Notes: generated by a model from the sequence alone, not told the origin. 24,000 nt of DNA from an uncultured Lachnospiraceae bacterium (GCA_946609985.1 CAMOCB010000008.1:48739-72738), one strand, 5' to 3'. Positions 1-8,758 are shown, numbered from the stretch's first letter. Program-made: numbers and translations.

Positions 1-1389
1 AATTATAGAGAGATAGCTAGAGAGCTTGCTAAGTATATGAAGGAAATGGGATATACTCATGTGGAGCTTATGCCTATTATGGAACATCCATTTGATCCTT
101 CGTGGGGATATCAGGTGACTGGCTATTATGCACCTACTTCAAGATATGGTAAGCCAACTGATTTCATGTATTTCGTTGATTATATGCATGATCAGGGGAT
201 TGGTGTAATAATTGATTGGGTGCCGGCACATTTCCCTAAGGATGAGCATGGTCTCGGAAGATTCGATGGTACACCGCTATATGAAAATGCTGATCCGCTG
301 AGAGGAGAGCATCCTCACTGGGGAACTTATATATTCGACTATGGACGTAATGAGGTTCGTAACTTCCTTATAGCAAATGCTCTTTATTGGGCAGACAAGT
401 ATCATGTGGACGGTATCAGAATGGATGCGGTTGCATCAATGCTTTATCTGGATTATGGACGTCAGGGTGGAGAATGGAAGCCTAATAAGTTTGGCGGAAA
501 TGAGAATCTGGATGCGGTTGAGTTCATTAAGGAGCTTAACACTAAGATGAACGAGCTGTTCCCAGAGGTTATGATGATTGCGGAAGAGTCTACTGCATGG
601 CCTATGATGACACATCCTGTTGAGGAGGGTGGACTTGGTTTCGACTTCAAGTGGAACATGGGCTGGATGAATGACTTCCTGAATTATATTAGCCTGGATC
701 CATTATATAGAAAGTATCACCATAATGAACTGACCTTCAGTATGGTATATGCATATAGCGAGAAGTTTATACTTGTTCTGTCTCATGACGAGGTTGTTCA
801 TGAGAAGCGTTCAATGATAGAGAAGATGCCGGGGGGATATGAGGATAAGTTCTCAAATCTTCGTACTGCATATGGATATATGGCAGTTCATCCTGGTAAG
901 AAGCTGCTATTCATGGGACAGGAATTTGCGCAGATGAAGGAATTTAGCGAGTCTTCTGAGCTTGATTGGTCACTATTTGAATTCGATGCTCATAACTGTA
1001 TCAGAGAATATGTTAAAGAGCTGAATAAATTCTATAAGAGTGAGCCTGCTCTATATGAGAGGGATGACGACCCAGAGGGCTTCCAGTGGATAGATCCAAA
1101 TGATGCGAATAGATCGCTGCTTTCCTTTGAGAGAAGAGGAAATAAGCCTGAAGATACGCTCGTTATTATTTGTAACTTTACACCAGTTGATGTAAAGAAC
1201 TACAAGCTGGCAGTTCCTTCAGAGGGTAAGTGGAAAGAGATATTCTCCAGTGATCTGCCTAAGTTCGGTGGAGAAGGCCACAACAACAAAGTCGTTAAAC
1301 AATCCAAGGCTGGTAAGGTAAACGATAGAGAGAACTATATATCAGTTACAGTACCGGCACTGTCGATTTCTATATTTAAAAAGAAATAA
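1..1389 (+). CDS. glgB: 1,4-alpha-glucan branching enzyme, C-terminal ~460 aa (5' end lies outside the window)
   Basis: The frame is open from nt 1 ([43 protein letters not shown]). GH13 core motifs are present: [36 protein letters not shown]. Stop TAA at 1387-1389. Confidence 0.93.
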   Translation, partial: NYREIARELAKYMKEMGYTHVELMPIMEHPFDPSWGYQVTGYYAPTSRYGKPTDFMYFVDYMHDQGIGVIIDWVPAHFPKDEHGLGRFDGTPLYENADPLRGEHPHWGTYIFDYGRNEVRNFLIANALYWADKYHVDGIRMDAVASMLYLDYGRQGGEWKPNKFGGNENLDAVEFIKELNTKMNELFPEVMMIAEESTAWPMMTHPVEEGGLGFDFKWNMGWMNDFLNYISLDPLYRKYHHNELTFSMVYAYSEKFILVLSHDEVVHEKRSMIEKMPGGYEDKFSNLRTAYGYMAVHPGKKLLFMGQEFAQMKEFSESSELDWSLFEFDAHNCIREYVKELNKFYKSEPALYERDDDPEGFQWIDPNDANRSLLSFERRGNKPEDTLVIICNFTPVDVKNYKLAVPSEGKWKEIFSSDLPKFGGEGHNNKVVKQSKAGKVNDRENYISVTVPALSISIFKKK

Positions 1390-1391
1390 AG

Positions 1392-1466
1392 AGAAAATAG
1401 GGACTATGCAAATAGGGACGTTTCTGTTTTGCACATATGCAAAACAGAAACGTCCCTATTTGCATA
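1392..1466. repeat. REP-like units: a truncated 13-nt fragment (1392-1404) plus a head-to-head doublet, L(+) 1407-1433 and M(-) 1438-1464
   Basis: 1405-1433 (tatgcaaatagggacgtttctgttttgca) is the exact reverse complement of 1438-1466, with a 4-nt centre CATA. This gives a 29-bp perfect inverted repeat. The 27-mer is the same as units A and D further downstream. Confidence 0.9.
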
Positions 1467-1554
1467 TACTCATGTCTTTTATATTAATAATATGCTCTTG
1501 ACACGTTTGATACAATTGTAGTTAGAGAAAACTATCTAAGAGGAGGAAAATGCG

Positions 1555-2685
1555 ATGACAAAGATAGATATTATTTCAGGCTTTTTGGGCGCTGGAAAAA
1601 CAACCCTTATCAAGAAGCTTATCGGTGAAGCATTTAAGGGCGAACAGGTAGTACTTATTGAGAATGAGTTTGGCGAAATAGGAATAGATGGTGGCTTCCT
1701 GAAGGATGCAGGCGTTAATATAACTGAGATGAATCAGGGATGTATTTGCTGCTCACTAGTAGGAGATTTCGGTGAGGCGCTTCATAAGGTTGTTACTGAG
1801 TATAAGCCAGATAGAGTAATAATAGAGCCATCAGGAGTTGGTAAGCTGAGTGATGTTATCAAGGCTATCCAGAAGGCGGGAGAAACAGTTGAAATAGCTC
1901 TTAACAGCGCCACAACAGTTGTTGATGTTACTAAGGCGAAAATGTATATTAAGAACTTCGGTGAGTTCTTCTTAAATCAGATAGAGGCTTGTGGAACTGT
2001 TGTTCTTAGTCGTACTCAGAATGTAGATGAGGTAAAGCTTCTTACTGCCGTTGATATGATCAAGGAGCATAACTCAGAGGCGAGAATAATCACAACTCCT
2101 TGGGATGATATTACAGGTGAGATAATTCTTGATGCTATGGAGCATTCTTCATCTATAGAGGATATAATGAAGAACTTCAAGTATGACCCAGAGGTAGATG
2201 ACGAAGAACATCATCACCATCATCATGATCATGAGGAACACGACCACCATCACGATCACGATGACCATGAGCATGAACACCACCATCACGACCATGAGCA
2301 TGAGCATCATCATCATGACCACGATGATCACGAGCATCATGAACATCACTATGATGAGAACGGCGTATGCAGCTGCGGTCATCATCATCACCATCATGAT
2401 GCAGATGAGGTATTTACAAGCTGGGGTAAAGAGACAGCCCACAAGTATAGCACAGAAGAACTGAAGACTATCCTTGATAAGCTTTCTGTAGAAGAAGATA
2501 ACGAGTTCGGTATCATCCTTAGAGCAAAGGGTATCGTTCCTGACAAGGATGGTAACTGGCAGGAGTTTGACCTCGTTCCAGGTGAGTATGAGGTAAGAGA
2601 AGGAAAACCTGACTATACAGGTAAGCTCTGTGTAATCGGAAGCGAACTTAAAGAAGATAAGATCGCAGAACTTTTCGGACTCTAA
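1555..2685 (+). CDS. G3E-family (COG0523/CobW-like) P-loop GTPase with a very long His-rich insert; putative metallochaperone
   Basis: RBS AGGAGG at 1541-1546, 8 nt before the ATG. Walker A GFLGAGKTT, CxCC motif GCICCS, IIEPSGVG, and a CobW-C-like tail (ILRAKGIV...KLCVIG). There are 36 His in the 63 residues encoded by nt 2209-2397. Confidence 0.85.
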   Translation: MTKIDIISGFLGAGKTTLIKKLIGEAFKGEQVVLIENEFGEIGIDGGFLKDAGVNITEMNQGCICCSLVGDFGEALHKVVTEYKPDRVIIEPSGVGKLSDVIKAIQKAGETVEIALNSATTVVDVTKAKMYIKNFGEFFLNQIEACGTVVLSRTQNVDEVKLLTAVDMIKEHNSEARIITTPWDDITGEIILDAMEHSSSIEDIMKNFKYDPEVDDEEHHHHHHDHEEHDHHHDHDDHEHEHHHHDHEHEHHHHDHDDHEHHEHHYDENGVCSCGHHHHHHDADEVFTSWGKETAHKYSTEELKTILDKLSVEEDNEFGIILRAKGIVPDKDGNWQEFDLVPGEYEVREGKPDYTGKLCVIGSELKEDKIAELFGL

Positions 2686-2687
2686 AA

Positions 2688-2780
2688 GTTTACAAAAGAT
2701 GTCACTGGGGACGGGTCCCAGTGACCTCATTTCACAAGAAGTTCACAAAAGTTGTCATTGGGAACCGTCCCCGTGGCATC
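2688..2780. repeat. Two ~40-nt direct-repeat copies (2688-2725 and 2741-2777), each carrying a variant of the REP core. Copy 1 forms a hairpin at 2701-2725.
   Basis: gtttacaaaagatgtcactgggg aligns with gttcacaaaagttgtcattggga. Copy 1 has GGGGACGG at 2707-2714. Copy 2 has GAACCGTCCCC at 2762-2772, whose reverse complement GGGGACGGTTC is identical to 12748-12758 in REP unit E. The copy 1 stem is gtcactggg/cccagtgac with a 7-nt loop. Confidence 0.6.
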
Positions 2781-2792
2781 AAAAGGAGAAAT

Positions 2793-3752
2793 ATGGTTAA
2801 TAGAGAGGTTAAAGAGATTCCGGTATATGTCTTTATGGGATTTCTGGGTAGTGGTAAGACTACCTTTGCAATAGATACGCTTATTAAGCAAGGATTTACG
2901 GAGAGTACTCCGACACTTCTTCTCGCTTGCGAGGATGGAGAGGTGGAGTATGACGTGGAGGAGCTTGAGAAGGAGAATATCCATCTGGAGTTTATTAATG
3001 AAGAAACTCTGTCACAGGATCATTTGCTCGAGCTTGGTGCAAAGTATAATCCTGAAAATGTTATCGTAGAATATAATGGAATGTGGGAGCTGGATAGGCT
3101 CTTCCAGGTAAAAGTTCCAAATGGCTGGACAGTGGTTCAGGTTATCTCATTTGTTGATGCAACTACCTTTGATGTATATGTAAATAACATGAAGAAGATA
3201 ATGATGGATCAGCTGAGAAATGCCGATATGATTATCTTCAATAGATGTGATGAGAATACTAAGACTGCGGAATATAGAAGAAGCATCAGAGCCGTAAATA
3301 GACGTGGCCAGGTTATCTTCGAGGATAAGTCAGGACGTCCGCTTCAGGTGGAGGAGGAAGTTATTCTTCCTTATGATCTAGAACAGCCTGAGATAGTTCT
3401 TGAGGAAGAAGATTTTGGTATCTTCTATATAGATGCAGCGGATAATCCAGATAAGTACCTAGGCAAGAAGATAAAGTTCAAGGCTCAGTTCCATAAGCCA
3501 TCTAATTATGAAGACGGTGAATTCGTTCCAGGAAGATTTGCAATGACTTGTTGTGCGAACGATATAGCATTTATTGGCTTTAAGGCATATTACAAGGGTA
3601 TTGCCGCATTTACGGATAGAGACTGGATAATTGTAGAAGGTACTATCAAGAAGGAATTCTATCCTGAGTTCCAGGGCGAGGGACCTGTAATTTATGCAGA
3701 TAGTGTAGCGATAACAGGACCTGCTAAGGATGATCTTGTATACTTCAATTAA
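2793..3752 (+). CDS. Divergent G3E-like P-loop NTPase fused to a CCxxD-containing C-terminal domain (DUF1980/TIGR03943 C-terminal-like, recalled from memory)
   Basis: The likely start is ATG 2793 (RBS AGGAG at 2784-2788), not the GTG at 2721 used in the ORF track. Walker A GFLGSGKTT and NRCD (NKxD-like) are present, but there is no CxCC motif. The C-terminal part reads GRFAMTCCANDIAFIGF...DWIIVEGTI...PVIYADSVAITGPAKDDLVYFN. Confidence 0.7.
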   Translation: MVNREVKEIPVYVFMGFLGSGKTTFAIDTLIKQGFTESTPTLLLACEDGEVEYDVEELEKENIHLEFINEETLSQDHLLELGAKYNPENVIVEYNGMWELDRLFQVKVPNGWTVVQVISFVDATTFDVYVNNMKKIMMDQLRNADMIIFNRCDENTKTAEYRRSIRAVNRRGQVIFEDKSGRPLQVEEEVILPYDLEQPEIVLEEEDFGIFYIDAADNPDKYLGKKIKFKAQFHKPSNYEDGEFVPGRFAMTCCANDIAFIGFKAYYKGIAAFTDRDWIIVEGTIKKEFYPEFQGEGPVIYADSVAITGPAKDDLVYFN

Positions 3753-3780
3753 TTAATAGTTTACATAATACGAAGAAATG

Positions 3781-3830
3781 ACAGCTTTTGTAGCATAGTT
3801 CACAGAATCTATACAAAAGCTGTTATTTTT
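3781..3830 (+). terminator. Rho-independent terminator candidate after the GTPase pair
   Basis: 12-bp stem acagcttttgta (3781-3792) / tacaaaagctgt (3812-3823) with a 19-nt loop, followed by tattttt. Confidence 0.6.
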
Positions 3831-3902
3831 ATGTTGTAAATCGAAATGCCATTTCATAGAATAATTGTGACGCTCCTGAGAGACGGGAAATGGAGCAAAA
3901 CA

Positions 3903-5450
3903 ATGTATAGTAAAATCTTAAGCGGAACAGCTCTGGGAATTGATGGCATGATAATCACTGTTGAGACGGATATCAGCCTAGGAATACCAGGGCTAAATCT
4001 TGTTGGTTATTTGGCATCCTCTGTTAAGGAAGCAGGGGAGAGGGTCAAGACGGCAATGAAGAATTCGGGCATGCCTATACCTTCACGTAAAATAACTGTC
4101 AATTTATCTCCGGCGGATGTCAGGAAGGATGGCGCAGGCTATGACCTGGCTATTGCAGTAGGAATACTTTTATCTATGGAGATATTTCCTGAAAATGAAA
4201 AACTAAATAGTGATCTGGAGAATACTCTTATTATTGGAGAGTTGGGTCTGGACGGGAAGGTGTTGCCAGTAAGAGGTGTGCTTCCTATAGTCGATTACGC
4301 AGAGAAGCAGGGAATAAAGAGAGTTATTCTTCCTGCTGAAAATGCAGATGAAGCTTCTTTTGTAAAGGGAATAGATATTATTCCAATACTAAGCCTTGAG
4401 GAAATGATAGGTATTATCAGTAGTGGCGTATGGCCCGTCCCCTTTAAGCCAGAAAGGATAGATACATTTGACAGGACAGATACAGCGAATGATCTGGTAA
4501 ATGTAAAAGGCCAGGAGACACTTAAGCGGGGCATTATTATTGCGGTCGCAGGCTTTCATAACATTATAATGACGGGCTCAGCAGGCTCAGGTAAATCTAT
4601 GATAGCTAAATGTATCCCAGGTCTTATGCCGCCCCTTACGTATGAGGAGAGCATGAAGCTTACGAAGATATATAGTGTAGCGGGGCTACTTAATAATGAA
4701 ATGAGATTTATAAGTAAGCGTCCCTTCAGAAGCCTGAACCAGAATATCTCTCAGGTCGCCCTACTTGGAGGAGGCGCAAGTCCGAAGCCAGGAGAGGTGA
4801 GTCTTGCTAATTCAGGGGTTCTATTTCTAGACGAATTTCCGGAATTTAGTAGAGGGATAGTAGAGAGCCTGAGACAGCCTATGGAGGACAAGGTTATAAA
4901 TATTTCAAGAGTTAAGGCCTCATATACATTTCCGGCGGACTTTATGCTGGTTTCAGCAAGAAACAATTGTCCGTGCGGCTTCTATCCGGACAGGAAGCGT
5001 TGCAGATGCAATATGGGAGAGATATATAGATACCAGAATAAGATAAGTCATCCAATAATGGATAGAATCGATATCCGGCTCGAAGTTAGAAATGTAGAAT
5101 TCGATGAACTGATGAGTGATGAGAAATGCATCAGCTCGGCCGAGGCGAGAGAAATGATAAGTCGCGCCAGAGACAGACAGCTTAGACGGTATAAGGACGA
5201 AGACTTTGATTTTAACTCTCAGTTACCCCAGAGTAAGATAGATAAGTACATCCATCTAAGTGAAGGTCAGCAGAAATATTTAAGGGACTATTATGAGAGT
5301 AATGATATATCGGCCAGGGGATATTTTAGGATACTACGGCTCATCAGAACCATAGCTGATATCGAGGATAGAGAGGAGATACTCGACACAGATATAGTGG
5401 AGGCAACATTTTATAGAAATGAATCAGAAGCGGGGAGGAACATGATATGA
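3903..5450 (+). CDS. comM: YifB/ComM-family Mg-chelatase-like AAA+ ATPase
   Basis: The family-typical N-terminus MYSKILSGTALGIDGMIITVETD begins at ATG 3903 (GGAG 7 nt upstream); the ORF-track start at 3846 is probably too far upstream. Lon-like N-terminal domain, Walker A GSAGSGKSM, Walker B VLFLDEFPEF, and a Cys cluster CPCGFYPDRKRCRC. Confidence 0.9.
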   Translation: MYSKILSGTALGIDGMIITVETDISLGIPGLNLVGYLASSVKEAGERVKTAMKNSGMPIPSRKITVNLSPADVRKDGAGYDLAIAVGILLSMEIFPENEKLNSDLENTLIIGELGLDGKVLPVRGVLPIVDYAEKQGIKRVILPAENADEASFVKGIDIIPILSLEEMIGIISSGVWPVPFKPERIDTFDRTDTANDLVNVKGQETLKRGIIIAVAGFHNIIMTGSAGSGKSMIAKCIPGLMPPLTYEESMKLTKIYSVAGLLNNEMRFISKRPFRSLNQNISQVALLGGGASPKPGEVSLANSGVLFLDEFPEFSRGIVESLRQPMEDKVINISRVKASYTFPADFMLVSARNNCPCGFYPDRKRCRCNMGEIYRYQNKISHPIMDRIDIRLEVRNVEFDELMSDEKCISSAEAREMISRARDRQLRRYKDEDFDFNSQLPQSKIDKYIHLSEGQQKYLRDYYESNDISARGYFRILRLIRTIADIEDREEILDTDIVEATFYRNESEAGRNMI

Positions 5451-6604
5451 TACTGGAGGAACTGGCAGGAAGTGAGAGAACGGCAGGCGATATTGCTAAT
5501 ATGTGGCTGAATCACCTGACTACATTTCGAATAAGAGATATACAGATACTCAGAAAGCTGTACGGAGACGAGGTTGAGATAGTAAGGAATCTGAAAGACG
5601 ACAGTGAACTGGACATGCTGGTAAGTAAGGGCGTGCTGAAGCAGAGCACTGGCGCAGAAATAAGGGAGTCAGATATAGCTGGGTGGTACGATAATCTGAC
5701 GAAGCTAATGAATAGTAATAAGATAAAATGCATAACCCCGGCAAATGAGATGTACCCGGATAAGCTTAGGTGTATAGATCATAGTCCCCTTGCTCTATAT
5801 TTTCGGGGAAAACAGGACCTGTTCTACTCGGAGCACAGTATAGCAATAATAGGTAGTAGAAGACCTACTCACTACGGAGTAACTCAGGCGGAGCATTTCA
5901 GCGCAGAGCTTGCTATTAAGGGGATAACAATAATTAGCGGGATGGCTTACGGGATAGATTCCAAGGCACATGACACTGCTATAAAAAATGGCGGAGGTAC
6001 GATTGCTGTCCTTGGCGGCGGAGTAGATATATGTTATCCAAGGACGAATATGTCGATATATCAGGAAATGTGCAACACCCAACTGGTGATTTCAGAGTAC
6101 GAGCCTGGCACCGCTCATATCTCTCAGCATTTTCCTCTTAGAAACAGGATAATAAGTGGTCTATCGGATGGGGTGCTTCTAGTAGAGGCGGCACTTAGGA
6201 GCGGGACTCTTATAACAGCTGACTATGCCCTCGAGCAGGGGAAGAGTATATATGGTATACCAGGTAGACCTACGGATGTGATGTCGAGAGGAGTAAATAG
6301 CATTATCAAGCAGGGGGCAATGCTGGTGGATAGTCCGACGGATATTATTCTGGATATGTTTAAGTCAGAACTGGAGGTGGAGCGGCCAAAGAGGAAGAGA
6401 CGAAAGAAGGAGGCAGAGGAGGATGAAAAACTTAGTGCGACAGAGAAGCAAATAATAGGCATTTTGGGATATGAGCCTCTTTTTATAGATGACATTATCA
6501 GACATAATGAAATGCATGTTGCAGAGACCCTGCAGACCTTAAATGAGCTCGTTTCGAAGGGTAAAATTAAGTGCGTCGAAAAAGGCTACTATATATTAAG
6601 CTGA
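5447..6604 (+). CDS. dprA: DNA processing/protecting protein DprA (Smf)
   Basis: The start overlaps the comM stop (ATGA at 5447-5450). Rossmann-like core IAIIGSRRPT...SGMAYGIDSKAHDTAI...VISEYEPG...FPLRNRIISGLS, with a C-terminal winged-helix-like tail. Confidence 0.9.
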   Translation: MILEELAGSERTAGDIANMWLNHLTTFRIRDIQILRKLYGDEVEIVRNLKDDSELDMLVSKGVLKQSTGAEIRESDIAGWYDNLTKLMNSNKIKCITPANEMYPDKLRCIDHSPLALYFRGKQDLFYSEHSIAIIGSRRPTHYGVTQAEHFSAELAIKGITIISGMAYGIDSKAHDTAIKNGGGTIAVLGGGVDICYPRTNMSIYQEMCNTQLVISEYEPGTAHISQHFPLRNRIISGLSDGVLLVEAALRSGTLITADYALEQGKSIYGIPGRPTDVMSRGVNSIIKQGAMLVDSPTDIILDMFKSELEVERPKRKRRKKEAEEDEKLSATEKQIIGILGYEPLFIDDIIRHNEMHVAETLQTLNELVSKGKIKCVEKGYYILS

Positions 6605-6616
6605 AAAAATCTCCCC

Positions 6617-6645
6617 TTGATAACTCAAAAAAAATGGTGTATAGT
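6617..6645 (+). promoter_or_regulatory. Sigma-A-type promoter candidate for topA
   Basis: TTGATA (6617-6622), 17-nt spacer, TATAGT (6640-6645), about 50 nt upstream of the topA ATG. Confidence 0.5.
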
Positions 6646-6697
6646 GTCGAATCAGCTAACAGGGGTTTTGTTTATATGATAATGATGGAGGACAAAA

Positions 6698-8758
6698 ATG
6701 GCTAAAAATCTTGTCATTGTTGAGTCGCCTACCAAGGCAAAGACTATTAAGAAATTCTTAGGTAAAAACTATGATGTTATTGCCTCAGAAGGACATATAA
6801 GAGATCTTCCTAAAAGTAGTATGGGAATAGATATAGATAATGACTATGAGCCTCATTATATTACTATCAGAGGAAAGGGTGAACTTCTAGCTACGCTCAA
6901 GAAGGCTTCTAAGAAAGCTGATTTTGTGTATCTCGCAACTGACCCGGACCGCGAGGGAGAGGCTATATCATATCATTTATCAGTTGCTCTTAAGCTTGAG
7001 GATAAGAAGTTTAAGAGAATAACATTTAATGAGATTACAAAAAATGCAGTAAAAACTTCTATTAAGAATGCACGTACAGTTGACATGGATCTGGTAGATG
7101 CTCAGCAGGCCAGAAGAGTCGTAGATAGACTTGTGGGTTATGAGATAAGTCCTCTCCTATGGGAGAAGCTTGGTAAGAAGAGTCTCTCTGCTGGTAGAGT
7201 TCAGTCTGTTGCACTCAAGATGATCTCAGATAGAGAGAAGGAAATAGAGGCATTTATTCCTAAGGAATACTGGACTATAGAAGCTGACGTTAAGGTTCCT
7301 GGACAGAAGGGACTTGTTTCCTTTGAATATAAGGGAGAGATAACAGACGGTAAGGAAGCTGAGGATCTAAAGAAGAAGCTTATGAAGAGTGACTTCATCG
7401 TAAGCGACATCAAGACTTCAACCAGAACTAAGAAGGCGCCAGTGCCATTTACAACTAGTACACTTCAGCAGACGGCTGCAAGTAAGATAAATTTCTCTAC
7501 TTCGAAAACAATGAGAGTTGCTCAGCAGCTTTATGAAGGTGTTGAGATAAAGGGTAGAGGAACAGTTGGTCTTATTACATACCTGAGAACAGATTCGACA
7601 CGTATCTCTGAAGAGGCGGACGCAAATGTAAGACAGTATATACGTGATACCTTTGGAGCGGAGTACGAGGCTGAGAAGACGGAGCCTACAGGAGATAAGG
7701 CAAAGAACATCCAGGACGCTCACGAAGCTATAAGACCTACGGATGTAACTATTACTCCTGCAGTACTTAAGGGAAATGTAACTGCTGAGCAGTACAAGCT
7801 GTACAAGCTTATATATGAAAGATTTGTTGGCAGTAGAATGAAGCCTGCGGAATATAGCATTTATACTGTTACTATTTCAGCGGATGATAGTCTGTTTAAG
7901 GCTTCCAGCAGCACAGTTACATTTGCAGGATATCAAAATGTATATAATACAGAAGAGGAGAAGGCTAAGAAGGCTGTAAATCTTGGTGGAATCCAGAAGG
8001 GCGACAAGCTCGACTGCGAAGAAATAAGGACTCTGCAGCATTTCACGGAGCCACCTTCACATTATACGGAATCACTTCTGGTTCGTACGATGGAAGAAAA
8101 TGGTATCGGAAGACCATCAACTTATGCCCCAACTATTGCAACTTTGCTCAATAGGCGATATATTGTTAAGGAGCAGAAAAATCTGTATATAACTGAACTG
8201 GGGCAGGCGGTTAATAATGTTATGGAAACTGCCTTCCCGGAGATAGTAGATATAGACTTTACTGCTAATATGGAAACTCTTCTGGATAGCATAGGCGAAG
8301 GAAAAACAGACTGGAAGGTTGTTGTAAGAAACTTCTACCCAGACCTTGAAAATGAGATAAAGCATGCTTCCGAGAATCTTGAGAAGATCAAGATAGCTGA
8401 CGAGGTCAGCGATGAGTATTGTGAAGAATGCGGAGCTCAGTTGGTCATCAAGTATGGTGCTTACGGTAAGTTTCTGGCTTGTCCAAACTTCCCAGAATGT
8501 AGGTTCACAAAACCATATTTTGAGAAGATTGGCGTGGCTTGTCCTGATTGTGGTGGTGATATAGTTAGAAAGACCACTAGAAAGGGACGCCCATTCTATG
8601 GCTGTATAAATTATCCGGAATGTGAATTCACTTCATGGAATAGACTGGTCAATAAGAAATGTCCTAAATGTGGAAAGTACATGATCATAAAGGGCAAGAA
8701 GATAGTTTGTTCCGATAATGAATGTGGTTACACAGAAGATAGACCGGAAGAGGATTAA
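6698..8758 (+). CDS. topA: DNA topoisomerase I (type IA) with C-terminal zinc ribbons
   Basis: RBS GGAGG. Toprim N-terminus LVIVESPTKAKTI and DPDREGEAIS, active-site region GLITYLRTDSTR, and three C-terminal CxxC...CxxC ribbons (CEECG..CPNFPEC, CPDCG..CINYPEC, CPKCG..CSDNEC). Confidence 0.97.
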   Translation: MAKNLVIVESPTKAKTIKKFLGKNYDVIASEGHIRDLPKSSMGIDIDNDYEPHYITIRGKGELLATLKKASKKADFVYLATDPDREGEAISYHLSVALKLEDKKFKRITFNEITKNAVKTSIKNARTVDMDLVDAQQARRVVDRLVGYEISPLLWEKLGKKSLSAGRVQSVALKMISDREKEIEAFIPKEYWTIEADVKVPGQKGLVSFEYKGEITDGKEAEDLKKKLMKSDFIVSDIKTSTRTKKAPVPFTTSTLQQTAASKINFSTSKTMRVAQQLYEGVEIKGRGTVGLITYLRTDSTRISEEADANVRQYIRDTFGAEYEAEKTEPTGDKAKNIQDAHEAIRPTDVTITPAVLKGNVTAEQYKLYKLIYERFVGSRMKPAEYSIYTVTISADDSLFKASSSTVTFAGYQNVYNTEEEKAKKAVNLGGIQKGDKLDCEEIRTLQHFTEPPSHYTESLLVRTMEENGIGRPSTYAPTIATLLNRRYIVKEQKNLYITELGQAVNNVMETAFPEIVDIDFTANMETLLDSIGEGKTDWKVVVRNFYPDLENEIKHASENLEKIKIADEVSDEYCEECGAQLVIKYGAYGKFLACPNFPECRFTKPYFEKIGVACPDCGGDIVRKTTRKGRPFYGCINYPECEFTSWNRLVNKKCPKCGKYMIIKGKKIVCSDNECGYTEDRPEED

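Noticed and set aside
1406-1413. ATGCAAAT, which occurs in most REP units, equals the eukaryotic octamer (Oct-1) motif
   Set aside because: This is a coincidence of sequence with no meaning in a bacterial context.
1498-1526. TTGACA (1498-1503) and the 10-bp palindrome TACAATTGTA (1511-1520) upstream of the His-rich GTPase, considered as a promoter plus a Zur-type operator
   Set aside because: No acceptable -10 hexamer lies 16-18 nt from the TTGACA, and TACAAT is only 7 nt away. The palindrome does not resemble the Zur box consensus I know. I note it but cannot support it as a feature.
2149-2730. Antisense 193-aa ORF (and the + strand 88-aa ORF at 2198-2464) overlapping the His-rich tract
   Set aside because: These are frame artefacts of the cat/cac/gat low-complexity DNA, giving M/V/I-only or T/I/M-only peptides. 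They have no RBS and lie entirely inside a well-supported CDS.
2721-2792. Upstream-extended starts offered by the ORF track (GTG 2721; also 3846, TTG 13624, GTG 14882, TTG 20799)
   Set aside because: Each extension lacks an RBS, and in three cases it runs through repeat, hairpin or upstream-CDS sequence. Internal ATGs with good Shine-Dalgarno spacing and family-typical N-termini were preferred (2793, 3903, 13648, 14891, 20820).
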